DNA of 64,000 nucleotides from Rhizobium sp. Q54 (GTDB taxonomy: Bacteria; Pseudomonadota; Alphaproteobacteria; UBA2966; CAIVPW01). The notes under the pieces were generated by a model, which searched no databases, was not told where the DNA came from, and saw only the letters and a program-made list of their open reading frames with translations. Location of the stretch: positions 578 to 64,577 of the forward strand of contig CAMEYM010000019.1 in NCBI GenBank assembly GCA_945947575.1. The letters are read 5' to 3'. Shown one piece after another: positions 47,981 through 57,135 of this stretch. A program made the position numbers and the translations under genes. Every line of letters begins with the position of its first letter. Positions within the stretch are counted from its first letter, which is position 1.

Positions 47981-48310
47981 ATGACCACCACAAAGCTGTT
48001 TGCGAGTGCGTTGGTAGCAGTGTTGGCGGCAGGTGGGGCGAGTGCAGCGAACGTCGGGACGACGGTCGCGCCCAACCTGGGGATACAACTGGCGCAGGTG
48101 CAAGGCGCGATCGCGCCGAAGCCGACCGCCGATCCAGTGGTGCGGCAAGCGCAGCAGGCTCTCGCCGCCGCGCGGTTCAATCCGGGCCCGATCGACGGCG
48201 TCATGGGCGCCAGGACGCGCCAGGCGATCCGCGACTTCCAGACCGCGCGCAGGATCGCGCCGTCGGGCGACCTCGACGTTGCCACGCGCGCCGCGCTGGG
48301 GATTCGCTAG
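47981..48310 (+). CDS. Secreted peptidoglycan-binding domain protein
   Basis: Signal peptide plus QQAL...PGPIDGVMGARTRQAIRDFQ. Confidence 0.87.
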   Translation: MTTTKLFASALVAVLAAGGASAANVGTTVAPNLGIQLAQVQGAIAPKPTADPVVRQAQQALAAARFNPGPIDGVMGARTRQAIRDFQTARRIAPSGDLDVATRAALGIR

Positions 48311-48879
48311 CGCAGCTGCTTGTAGCGGAAGCAGGTGGTGACATGGTCGTTGACCATGCCCACCGCCTGCATGAACGCGTAGCAGATCGTCGGCCCAACG
48401 AACTTGAAGCCGCGCGCCTTGAGCGCCTTGCTCATGGCGCGGCTCTCGTCCGTCTCGGCTGGAATGCCGGTCCACGCCTGCCAGCGGTTCTGCAGCGTGG
48501 CACCGCCTGTGAATTGCCACAGGAACGCATCGAGCGTCTCGCCGCTCTCGCGCATCTCGAGGTGCGCCTTGGCGCTGGCGATGGCGCCTTCGACCTTGGC
48601 GCGGTTGCGGACGATGCCCGCATCGTTCATCAGCCGCGCGACGTCCTTCGCGCCGAAGCGTGCGACCCGCTCGGGATCGAAGTTGCGAAAGGCGGCGCGG
48701 AAGTTGTCGCGCTTGCGCAGGATGGTGATCCAGGAGAGACCCGCCTGGAATCCATCGAGCACCAGCTTCTCGTAGAGGGCGCGGTCGTCGTGCTCGGGCA
48801 CGCCCCATTCCTCGTCGTGGTAGGCGAGGTAGAGCGGATCCTGGCCGGGCCAGGTGCAGCGTTTCGGCTCCGCCGCCAC
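48307..48879 (-). CDS. tag: DNA-3-methyladenine glycosylase I
   Basis: YHDEEWG, QAGLSW, FVGPTI and NDH..C motifs. Confidence 0.96.
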   Translation of the reverse strand: MAAEPKRCTWPGQDPLYLAYHDEEWGVPEHDDRALYEKLVLDGFQAGLSWITILRKRDNFRAAFRNFDPERVARFGAKDVARLMNDAGIVRNRAKVEGAIASAKAHLEMRESGETLDAFLWQFTGGATLQNRWQAWTGIPAETDESRAMSKALKARGFKFVGPTICYAFMQAVGMVNDHVTTCFRYKQLR

Positions 48880-48884
48880 GCCGG

Positions 48885-49856
48885 CTAGCGCTGGCCCGCC
48901 TCGGCGGCCGGTTCCCTGAACCAGGCCGGGCGAACGGCGCGCACGGTGGCGGCGCCTGCCTTTAAGGTCGCGCCGGTGCGCTCCGCCATCTCCACGTGCT
49001 CGAGGCGCAGCAGCGCGATGCCGATGCCCGCGACTGCCGAGCGCATCTCGCCCGCCTCGATATCGCCGAGCAGCACCGGTGTGCCGGCCTCGGGTACCGG
49101 GCCGTCGATGTACACCGGCATGAGCCGCTTGCGGATGGTGCCGCGGTAGTGCGTGCGCGCGGTCAACTCCTGACCGACGTAGCAGCCCTTGCCGTAGTCG
49201 ATGGCATGCAGCGCATCGAGGCCTGCTTCGAGCGGAAACGTCTTGTCGACCAGCAAGTCGCGCGAAGCGTCGGGCACGCCCAGCGACAAGCGCATGGCGT
49301 CATACGCAGCCGTCGTGCTCGCCGGCAATCCCGCGCCGGCGATCGTCGCTCCAATCGTTGCCGGCGGCGCGATGATTCGCGCGCCGAGTTCGCTCAAGCG
49401 CGGGTCGGTGAATGCAACGCCATCGGCAAGCACGCGCGCGCACCCCGGTGCGTCACCGAGCGCGAGACGTTGCGCCACGCCGGCACCGAAGGCGCCGGCG
49501 ACGCTGAAACGGTCGCTGACGTCGGTGAGGGTGACGTCCGAGCGCAACTTGTAGAGCGTCAGGCGCCGGATCAGATCCGGCAGGCGCTCGCGCTCGACGT
49601 CGAGCAGCAGCGATGACCCGGACGCCGTGTCGTCGTAAGCGGCCAGGAAGAAGTCGTGCAGGTACTTGCCCTGCGGCGACAGCAGCAGCGCGTAGATTGC
49701 GGTGTCCGCCGACAGGCGCCGGACGTCGTTCGAGATGATGTTCTGCAGCAGGTCGCGCGCGTCCGCGCCGCCGACGCCCAGGACGCCGCGCGCAGGGAGG
49801 ACAGCGAAGCCGGGCGGGGGCGCTGCCGCGGAACGTGCGGCGGACATTTCGACCAT
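48885..49856 (-). CDS. ygfZ: YgfZ folate-binding Fe-S maturation protein
   Basis: KGCYVGQE motif, LLSPQGK. Confidence 0.93.
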   Translation of the reverse strand: MVEMSAARSAAAPPPGFAVLPARGVLGVGGADARDLLQNIISNDVRRLSADTAIYALLLSPQGKYLHDFFLAAYDDTASGSSLLLDVERERLPDLIRRLTLYKLRSDVTLTDVSDRFSVAGAFGAGVAQRLALGDAPGCARVLADGVAFTDPRLSELGARIIAPPATIGATIAGAGLPASTTAAYDAMRLSLGVPDASRDLLVDKTFPLEAGLDALHAIDYGKGCYVGQELTARTHYRGTIRKRLMPVYIDGPVPEAGTPVLLGDIEAGEMRSAVAGIGIALLRLEHVEMAERTGATLKAGAATVRAVRPAWFREPAAEAGQR

Positions 49857-50063
49857 GGCCAATGAAGTAAAGGCGGCCCTAGGGCTTGGCAAGGCCAGCC
49901 CCGCGCCCACCCAGTGGGCCGCAGCGGCGCTAGACTCTTGGAGGATCAGGGGCTGTCGTCGTATAAGGGGATCATCGCGTCGGCACCGGGCGGGGCCGAG
50001 GCGCGGGAAATCTTAGTAGCAGGCAGAGTGGGGGAGGTGCTGCGTGCAGAGTAGGGCGCGGCC

Positions 50064-51050
50064 ATGAAGCTACTCTTTGTCACATCGAACCGCATCGGTG
50101 ATGCGGTGCTGTCTACCGGCCTGCTCAATCATATTCTGCGCGAACACCCCGACATGCGCACAACGGTGGCATGTGGGCCCGATCCTGCCCCGCTGTTCAC
50201 CGAAGTTCCCAACCTCGATCGCATCATCGTCATGGTGAAGCAGCCGCGCGCCAAGCATTGGCGCGCGCTGTGGCGCGAGACCGTTCGCACGCGCTGGGAC
50301 CTGGTCGTCGACCTGCGCGCCTCCGCCCTCGCGTACTTCCTGCGGGCGGGCGAGCGGCACGTCTTCCGCCCGAGCGACGAGCCGGTGCATCAGGTCGTGC
50401 AGCTCTCACAGTTCCTCGAACTCGCACATATTGCCGCGCCGGGACTTTGGCTCGGACAGAAGCAAATCACGGCGGCCAAGCGCATGCTACCGCCGGGACC
50501 ACCGATCCTCGCGGTCGGTCCGACCGCCAACTGGCCCGGCAAGCAATGGCCGGCGAGTCGCTTCGCCGACCTGATCCTGCGTCTCATCGCGCCGGGCGCG
50601 ATCCTCGAGGATGCGCGCGTCGCCGTGTTCGGTGCGGAGAGCGAGCGCCTTGCGGCACGGCCGCTGCTCGATCGCATTCCCAAGGAGCGCCGCCTCGACT
50701 GCATCGGACGCTTCGACATTCTTACGGCCGCCGCGGCGCTGCAGGAGTGCGCCTTCTACATCGGCAACGACTCCGGGCTGATGCACATCGCCGCCGCCAC
50801 CTACACGCCGACCCTCGGCCTGTTCGGCCCGAGCCGCGAAGAGATCTACGCCCCGTGGGGCGATCATTGCGCCGCCGTGCGCACCAAGCTCACCTACGCT
50901 GAATTGTCGGCGATGCCGCAGTTCAGTCCTTCGCGGCGCGAGACCTTGATGGGCTCGTTGGCGGTGGAGACGGTCGAGGCCGCGGCCATCGACCTGTGGC
51001 GGCGCTGCCATCCGGTGACCGCTCCCCAGGTCGCGAGCGGCGGCAACTAG
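50064..51050 (+). CDS. Glycosyltransferase family 9 (heptosyltransferase-like)
   Basis: RIGDAVL, KQWP, GNDSGLMH and LFGP motifs. Confidence 0.92.
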   Translation: MKLLFVTSNRIGDAVLSTGLLNHILREHPDMRTTVACGPDPAPLFTEVPNLDRIIVMVKQPRAKHWRALWRETVRTRWDLVVDLRASALAYFLRAGERHVFRPSDEPVHQVVQLSQFLELAHIAAPGLWLGQKQITAAKRMLPPGPPILAVGPTANWPGKQWPASRFADLILRLIAPGAILEDARVAVFGAESERLAARPLLDRIPKERRLDCIGRFDILTAAAALQECAFYIGNDSGLMHIAAATYTPTLGLFGPSREEIYAPWGDHCAAVRTKLTYAELSAMPQFSPSRRETLMGSLAVETVEAAAIDLWRRCHPVTAPQVASGGN

Positions 51051-51060
51051 CCTCGATCCC

Positions 51061-52083
51061 TTGCGCGTATTCCAGGTCATGGCCGGCGCGGCCACGGGCG
51101 GCGCCGAAACCTACTTCGTCGATCTCGTGACGGCGCTGGCGCGTGCCGGTCTCGACCAGCGCGTCGCGATCCGGTCGGAGCCGGGGCGTGCCGCGACTCT
51201 GCGCAACGACGGACTCGCCGTGCTCCAGATGCGCTTCGGCGGCATCTTCGATTGGTCCACCCGCCGCGCGCTGCGTGAGGCATTCGCCGCGGAGCGGCCC
51301 GACATCGTGCAGACCTGGATGAGTCGCGCCACCCAGCGCTGTCCGCGCACCGACGCGATCCGGGTCGGCTGGCTGGGCGGCTACTATCCGCCGCGCGTGT
51401 TCCGCGACTGCGACCACGTCGTCGGCGTGACGCCGGACCTCGTCCGCCATCTGCGCGAGGGAGGTTTCGCGGCCGATCGCGCCCATTACATTCCGACCTT
51501 CGCGCCCGCCCAGCCCGCGCCGCCGGTGTCGCGCGCGTCGCTGGCGACGCCCGAGGGCGCGCCGTTGCTATTGGCGCTGGGCCGCCTGCACGGGAAGAAG
51601 GGATTCGACGTCCTGCTGCAGGCCCTGGCCAAGGTCCCCGACGCCTGGCTCTGGATCGCCGGCGAAGGGCCGTTGCGGGCCGAGCTGATCGCGCTGGCGG
51701 CGCGCCTCGGAGTCGATAGCCGTGTCCGATTCCTGGGCTGGCGCACCGATCGCGAGGCGTTGTTGGCGGCCTGCGACGTTTGCGTGATGCCGTCGCGCTA
51801 CGAGCCGTTCGGCACCGTGATGATCGAGGCGTGGGCGGCGCAGAAGCCGCTCATTGCCGCGGCGGCGGCGGGGCCCAGGGGCTTGGTGCGGGACGGCGTC
51901 GATGGACTGCTGGTGCCGATCGACGACGTCGCCGCGCTGGCTGCCGCCATCGACCGCGTGCTCCGCGACCGGGCGCTCGCCGCGGCGCTGGCGGCCGCTG
52001 GGCATGCGGTGTATCAGCAGCGCTACACCGAGGGGGCCGTCGTGACCCAGTACCTGGACTTCTACCAGCGGATCCGCGCGTGA
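51061..52083 (+). CDS. Glycosyltransferase family 4
   Basis: GGAE, GRLHGKKG and PSRYEPFGTVMIEA motifs. Confidence 0.92.
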   Translation: MRVFQVMAGAATGGAETYFVDLVTALARAGLDQRVAIRSEPGRAATLRNDGLAVLQMRFGGIFDWSTRRALREAFAAERPDIVQTWMSRATQRCPRTDAIRVGWLGGYYPPRVFRDCDHVVGVTPDLVRHLREGGFAADRAHYIPTFAPAQPAPPVSRASLATPEGAPLLLALGRLHGKKGFDVLLQALAKVPDAWLWIAGEGPLRAELIALAARLGVDSRVRFLGWRTDREALLAACDVCVMPSRYEPFGTVMIEAWAAQKPLIAAAAAGPRGLVRDGVDGLLVPIDDVAALAAAIDRVLRDRALAAALAAAGHAVYQQRYTEGAVVTQYLDFYQRIRA

Positions 52084-53411
52084 GCGCCACCTACGACCTG
52101 ATCGTGCGCGGCGGCGAATGCGTGCTGCCGGAGGGCGTGGTACGCGCCGACATCGGCGTGCGCGCCGGCCGCATCGCGACGCTCGGCGACCTCGGCCGCG
52201 CCAGCGCCGGCGAGGTCATCGAGGTGAAGGGCCTCACCGTGCTGCCCGGCGTCATCGACACCCAGGTGCACTTCCGCGAGCCCGGCAACGAACACAAGGA
52301 AGACCTCGAGACCGGTGCGCGTGCAGCGGTATTGGGCGGAGTCACCGCCGTGTTCGAGATGCCGAACACCGATCCACCGACGACGACAGCCGCCGCCCTC
52401 GAAGACAAGCTCACACGCGCGCGCGGCCGCATGTGGTGCGACCACGCGTTCTATGTCGGCGCCAGCCCCGACAACGCGACCAAGCTCGGCGAGCTCGAGC
52501 GGCTGCCGGGCTGCAGCGGCGTCAAGGTGTTCATGGGTTCGTCCACCGGCACCCTGCTGGTGCCGGACGACGCGACGCTCGACGCGGTCATGCGCAGCGG
52601 CAGGCGCCGCGTCTCGGTGCACTCCGAGGACGAGCCGCGCCTGCGCGAGCGCAAGGCGATTGCCGAGAAGTCGGGCGACGTGCACGACCATCCCAATTGG
52701 CGCGACGAAGAGACGGCGTTGCGCGCCACGACGCGACTGCTGCAGGCGGCACGGACGTTCGGGCGCAAGGTGCACGTCCTGCACACGACCACCGCCGAAG
52801 AGATGCAGCTCCTTGGTCGGAACCGCGACATCGCCAGCGTCGAGGTGACGCCCCAGCATCTCACGCTGGTGGCGCCGGATTGCTACGACCGCCTCGGCAC
52901 CCTCGCGCAGATGAATCCGCCGATCCGCGGCGAGCGCCACCGCGCGGCGCTGTGGCAGGGCGTCGCCAGCGGGACGGTGGATGTCGTCGGCTCCGATCAC
53001 GCGCCGCACACGCGCGAAGAGAAGGCCAAGCGCTATCCGGCGTCCCCCTCCGGCATGCCGGGGGTGCAGACGCTGCTGCCGGTCCTGCTCGACCATGTCG
53101 CCGCGGGGCGTCTCGACTTGCGCCGCCTAGTCGAGCTGACCAGCACCGGTGCGGCGCGGCTTTGGGGGTTGCAAGGCAAGGGAGCTCTGGCGGTCGGCCG
53201 CGACGCGGATCTCTCCCTCGTCGACCGCAAGGCGCGGCGCACCATCACCAACCAATGGATCGCCAGCCGCTGCGGCTGGACGCCGTTCGACGGCATGACG
53301 GTGACGGGTTGGCCCAAGGCCACCGTCATCCGCGGCATCGTCGTGATGCAGGACGACGAGGTGCGCGGCCAGCCGGTCGGCCAGCCGCTGACGTTCGCCG
53401 AGACGGCCTAA
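52080..53411 (+). CDS. pyrC: Dihydroorotase
   Basis: DTQVHFREPG, EMPNT, MNPPIR and SDHAPH motifs; GTGA overlap. Confidence 0.93.
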   Translation: MSATYDLIVRGGECVLPEGVVRADIGVRAGRIATLGDLGRASAGEVIEVKGLTVLPGVIDTQVHFREPGNEHKEDLETGARAAVLGGVTAVFEMPNTDPPTTTAAALEDKLTRARGRMWCDHAFYVGASPDNATKLGELERLPGCSGVKVFMGSSTGTLLVPDDATLDAVMRSGRRRVSVHSEDEPRLRERKAIAEKSGDVHDHPNWRDEETALRATTRLLQAARTFGRKVHVLHTTTAEEMQLLGRNRDIASVEVTPQHLTLVAPDCYDRLGTLAQMNPPIRGERHRAALWQGVASGTVDVVGSDHAPHTREEKAKRYPASPSGMPGVQTLLPVLLDHVAAGRLDLRRLVELTSTGAARLWGLQGKGALAVGRDADLSLVDRKARRTITNQWIASRCGWTPFDGMTVTGWPKATVIRGIVVMQDDEVRGQPVGQPLTFAETA

Positions 53412-54184
53412 GCGCGGCCCTTCGCGATAAACCCAGGGTTCTTGAACTTCGGCTTGGCGTAGCCGAGCTCGGCGCCGTCGCGGGTGACGACGCGGCCGCC
53501 GGCGGCGGCCAGGACCGCGTGGCCCGCCGCGGTGTCCCATTCGTTGGTGTTGCCGAAGCGCGGATAGAGGTCGGCTTCGCCGGCCGCGACCAGGCAGAAC
53601 TTCAGCGAGCTGCCGGCGGAGGTGATGCTCTTCACCGGCAGGGTGGCGAGGTACTCGTCGGTGTCGGTATCGCGGTGCGAACGGCTGGCGACCACGACGA
53701 AGCCGTCTTTCGCGGCGCGACGAGCGGAGATCTTCTGCGGAGCGCCGCCGTTGGTCTCGGAGAACACCTCGCCCGGTCCTGAATTCCAGAACATGCGACC
53801 GACGGCCGGCGCGTAGACGACGCCGATGGTGGGCCGGCCGTTCTCGATCAGGCCGATGTTGACGGTGAACTCCCCGTTGCGGCTGACGAACTCCTTGGTG
53901 CCGTCCAGCGGGTCGACCAGCCAGAACGGAGTGCCGGTGACGTCGGGCATGACGCCCTTGGCGACGGCTTCTTCGGCGACGACGGGCAAGCGCGGGCGGA
54001 GCCGGGTCAACTCTTCGGTGATGAGACGTTCGGCGGCCTCATCGGCCTCGGTGACCGGCGAGCGATCCTCCTTGGCGCGCACTTCGAACGGGGTGCGATA
54101 CACCGCCATGATCTGCTCGCCTGCACGCAGGGCGATGTCGCGGATGGCGGCGGCCAGCGCGCTGTGAGGAAGATCACTGCTCAT
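53408..54184 (-). CDS. cysQ: 3'(2'),5'-bisphosphate nucleotidase
   Basis: SPVTEAD, WLVDPLDGTKEF, GSSLK and WDTAAG motifs. Confidence 0.94.
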   Translation of the reverse strand: MSSDLPHSALAAAIRDIALRAGEQIMAVYRTPFEVRAKEDRSPVTEADEAAERLITEELTRLRPRLPVVAEEAVAKGVMPDVTGTPFWLVDPLDGTKEFVSRNGEFTVNIGLIENGRPTIGVVYAPAVGRMFWNSGPGEVFSETNGGAPQKISARRAAKDGFVVVASRSHRDTDTDEYLATLPVKSITSAGSSLKFCLVAAGEADLYPRFGNTNEWDTAAGHAVLAAAGGRVVTRDGAELGYAKPKFKNPGFIAKGRA

Positions 54185-54274
54185 GATGGCGGGAAGGTGC
54201 ACTCGACGGCTGGGGACCCAGCGGAGGCGGGAGTGGACCATCGCGTCTGCTTTGGGTCAACCTGTCGGGACCAA

Positions 54275-54667
54275 ATGGCGGCGGCGCAAAAACTAGTTCT
54301 CATCATCGACGACGACGAAGACATCCGGTTCATCCTGCGCCGCGCGCTGGAGTCGGCGGGCTATCAGGTGCGCGAAGCGTCCGATGGAGCCGCAGGGCTC
54401 AAGCGCTTCCGCGAACAGCGGCCCGACCTCGTCATGACCGACATCATCATGCCCGAGCGCGAGGGCGTGGAGACCATCATGGCCCTGCGCAAGGAGTCGC
54501 CCGAGACGGCCATCATCGCCATGTCCGGCGGCGGCGGCGCCGATTACCTCGAGATGGCGATCAAGCTCGGGGCGGTGCGAGCGTTCTCCAAGCCGTTCTC
54601 GTTGGCCGCCGTGGTGGGGGCGGTGTACGAGATCCTGGAGGGGGTAGAGGGCCCTGGCTCGGCCTGA
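54275..54667 (+). CDS. Stand-alone response regulator receiver
   Basis: IIDDD, TDIIMP, AMSG and KPF motifs. Confidence 0.92.
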   Translation: MAAAQKLVLIIDDDEDIRFILRRALESAGYQVREASDGAAGLKRFREQRPDLVMTDIIMPEREGVETIMALRKESPETAIIAMSGGGGADYLEMAIKLGAVRAFSKPFSLAAVVGAVYEILEGVEGPGSA

Positions 54668-54696
54668 CGGCTTGACTCTGGGCGAAAGGCTCCATA

Positions 54697-54711
54697 GAAC
54701 AAAAAGAGAAC
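54697..54711. promoter_or_regulatory. Alphaproteobacterial LexA (SOS) box upstream of imuA
   Basis: GAAC-AAAAAGA-GAAC fits GAAC-N7-GAAC; TTGACT -35 at 54672. Confidence 0.88.
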
Positions 54712-54728
54712 AAGGCCGAGAAACTGCC

Positions 54729-55580
54729 ATGTCTCCTGTGCCCCAACTGCCAATGTCCTATGCCCCAATGCCTCAGGCCCCAATGCCTCAGGCCCCAATG
54801 CCTCAGGCCCCAATGCCTCAGGCCATCGCGTCCCTGGAAGCCCTGCGGACGCGCATTCGCGCCATCGAAGCGCCCGGCGAGTACCGGGTCGCGTCGATGG
54901 GTACGCCTGAGATCGATGCGGCGCTCCCGTGGGGCGGGTTGCCGCGCGGCTGCTTGCACGAGATCGCCGGCACACCGGGAGATGCCGGAGCGGCCATCGG
55001 CTTCGCCGCTGCCTTGGTCGGGCGCCTGCATGCCGCGCACGAAGACGCGCGCCAGGTGCTGTGGTGCGTGCGTGGCGACACCGATCACGAGGTCGGCGCG
55101 CTCTATGCGCCCGGGCTGCGCAGCTTCGGCTTGTCGCCGCAGCAGGTGCTGCTGGTGCGCGCGGCAACGACCGCACAGGTGCTGTGGGCGATGGAGGAAG
55201 GCCTGCGCGCCGGCGGTCTCGCGGCCGTGGTGGCCGAGGTCGACGACGTCGATTTCTCCACCAGCCGCCGGTTGCAGCTGGCCGCCGAAGCACGGGGCGT
55301 CACCGCACTGCTGATCGTTCCGGCGCTGTCCGCCGTGTCGGGCGCCGTCACGCGGTGGCAACTCTCGTCTCGGGGAGGAGAGGGAGAGGCGCTGGCACCG
55401 CGTCGCGCGGATAGCGCGCTCCATCCGAAGTGGAGCGTCGAGCTGACGCGCTGCCGCGGTGGCGCCCCGGCTGCTTGGGAAGTGGAGTGGAACCATGCGT
55501 CGAATGATTTCGCTGTGGTTGCCGGCGTTCGCGACCGATCGCGCGAGTTGCGGCACGGCCTGGCGCAAGCGGCGGGTTAA
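54729..55580 (+). CDS. imuA: ImuA (RecA-like SOS mutagenesis protein)
   Basis: GGLPRGCLHEI, LWAMEEGLR and SRRLQLAAE motifs; start uncertain because of repeated ATGs. Confidence 0.9.
   Translation: MSPVPQLPMSYAPMPQAPMPQAPMPQAPMPQAIASLEALRTRIRAIEAPGEYRVASMGTPEIDAALPWGGLPRGCLHEIAGTPGDAGAAIGFAAALVGRLHAAHEDARQVLWCVRGDTDHEVGALYAPGLRSFGLSPQQVLLVRAATTAQVLWAMEEGLRAGGLAAVVAEVDDVDFSTSRRLQLAAEARGVTALLIVPALSAVSGAVTRWQLSSRGGEGEALAPRRADSALHPKWSVELTRCRGGAPAAWEVEWNHASNDFAVVAGVRDRSRELRHGLAQAAG
54762..54824 (+). repeat. 15-bp tandem repeat, 4.2 units (GCCCCAATGCCTCAG; APMPQ)
   Basis: Four perfect units seen directly, with degenerate units upstream. Confidence 0.95.
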
Positions 55581-57135
55581 GCCGTTCGTCACGTCGGCGG
55601 CGAGCGCCGGCGGACTGCGCATCGCCGCAGTCAACCTGCACGCGGCCGAGGCAGGCATCCTGCCGGGCATGCCGCTCGCCGATGCGCGGGCGCTGGCGCC
55701 GGGACTGGAAGTCGCGGCCGCCGATCCGCTCGGCGATAGCGAGCAGCTCACCAAGCTCGCCGCGTGGTGCGGCAACTTCTCGCCGTGGACCGCGCCCGAG
55801 TCCGTCGGCAGCGGACCAGACGGCGCCGGCATCTGGCTCGACGCCACCGGCTGCGCCCATCTGTTCGGCGGCGAGGAAGACCTGTTGCGCGAGCTCGTGC
55901 AGCGCGTCCAGCGCCTGGGCTTCGGTGTCCGCGCGGCTCTTGCCGACACCGCCGGAGCGGCGTGGGCGGTGGCGCGCTTCGCTCCCCTCAAGGACGGCGA
56001 GCGTGTCACCATCGTGCCGCCAGGCGCAACCGCCGCGGCGCTCGCACCGTTGCCGATGGCCGGCTTGCGCTTGCCCGGCCCCGTCATCGAAGGCCTGGCG
56101 GTGCTCGGCCTGCGCCGCATCGCCGATCTCATGACCATGCCGCGCGCGCCCCTGGTGGCGCGCTTCGGCGGCAGCGTCACGGATCGCTTGGATCGCGCCC
56201 TCGGCCAGATGAACGAAGCGATCTCGCCGCTGGTGCCGGAGGTTCCGCATCGCGAACGGCTGGGTCTGGCCGAGCCCATCGGGACGCGTCCGGCCCTCGA
56301 GGCGGCGCTCGCCCATTTGCTCACCGACCTGTGCGCGCGGTTGGCGCGCGAGCATAGCGGTGCGCGCCGTCTCGACTTTGCGCTGTTCCGGATCGACGGC
56401 CAGGTGGCGCACGTGCGCATCGGCACCAGCCGGCCGGTGCGCGAACCCAAGCATCTGGCGCGGCTGTTCGCCGAGCATCTCGACAATGTCGAGGTGGGCG
56501 AGGGCATCGAGGTGCTGACCCTCACCGCCGACAGCGTCGAGGCGCTCGCCGCCGATCAGCTCGAGATGCCGGGGCCCGCGCTCGACCATGCCCTGGCGAC
56601 GGCGGGAGTCGCCGACCTCGTCGATCGGCTCACCAACCGCCTCGGCGCTGACGCCGTGCTGCGCCTGGTGGAGCGGCCGAGCCACGTGCCCGAGCGCGCC
56701 GGCGTGACGGTCGCGGCGGCGCGCCATGGCGAGGAAACGCCGATCGTTCTGCCGCCCGGGCGGGGCGAGCGTCCTTTGCGCCTGTTCCCCACGCCGTTCC
56801 CGATCGACGCGGTGGCGCCGGTGCCCGACGGCCCGCCGGTGATGTTCCGCTGGCGGCGCGTGCTGCATCGCGTGGCGCGCGCCGAGGGACCGGAGCGCAT
56901 TGCGCCGGAGTGGTGGCGCACGTCGCTGTCGTGGACGACGCCGTGGGAAGAGACGACGCGCGACTACTACCGGGTCGAGGACGAATCCGGCCGCCGCTTC
57001 TGGGTCTATCGCGAGGGTCTCTATCCGCTCGGCTATGAGCCGGTGCGGAAGGAAGACGAAGACGAGGCGGACACATCGGCCGAAGCGATCGCGCCCGCGA
57101 TGCCGCGCTGGTTCGTGCACGGGTTGTTTGCGTGA
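55495..57135 (+). CDS. imuB: ImuB (inactive Y-family polymerase)
   Basis: GMPLADARAL, LDATGCAHLFGGE, GPERIAPEWW, RDYY.VED and HGLFA motifs. Confidence 0.94.
   Translation: MRRMISLWLPAFATDRASCGTAWRKRRVKPFVTSAASAGGLRIAAVNLHAAEAGILPGMPLADARALAPGLEVAAADPLGDSEQLTKLAAWCGNFSPWTAPESVGSGPDGAGIWLDATGCAHLFGGEEDLLRELVQRVQRLGFGVRAALADTAGAAWAVARFAPLKDGERVTIVPPGATAAALAPLPMAGLRLPGPVIEGLAVLGLRRIADLMTMPRAPLVARFGGSVTDRLDRALGQMNEAISPLVPEVPHRERLGLAEPIGTRPALEAALAHLLTDLCARLAREHSGARRLDFALFRIDGQVAHVRIGTSRPVREPKHLARLFAEHLDNVEVGEGIEVLTLTADSVEALAADQLEMPGPALDHALATAGVADLVDRLTNRLGADAVLRLVERPSHVPERAGVTVAAARHGEETPIVLPPGRGERPLRLFPTPFPIDAVAPVPDGPPVMFRWRRVLHRVARAEGPERIAPEWWRTSLSWTTPWEETTRDYYRVEDESGRRFWVYREGLYPLGYEPVRKEDEDEADTSAEAIAPAMPRWFVHGLFA

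Noticed and set aside
54762..54824. Tandem repeat as a CRISPR array
   Set aside because: Units are contiguous 15-mers with no spacers, and there are no cas genes.
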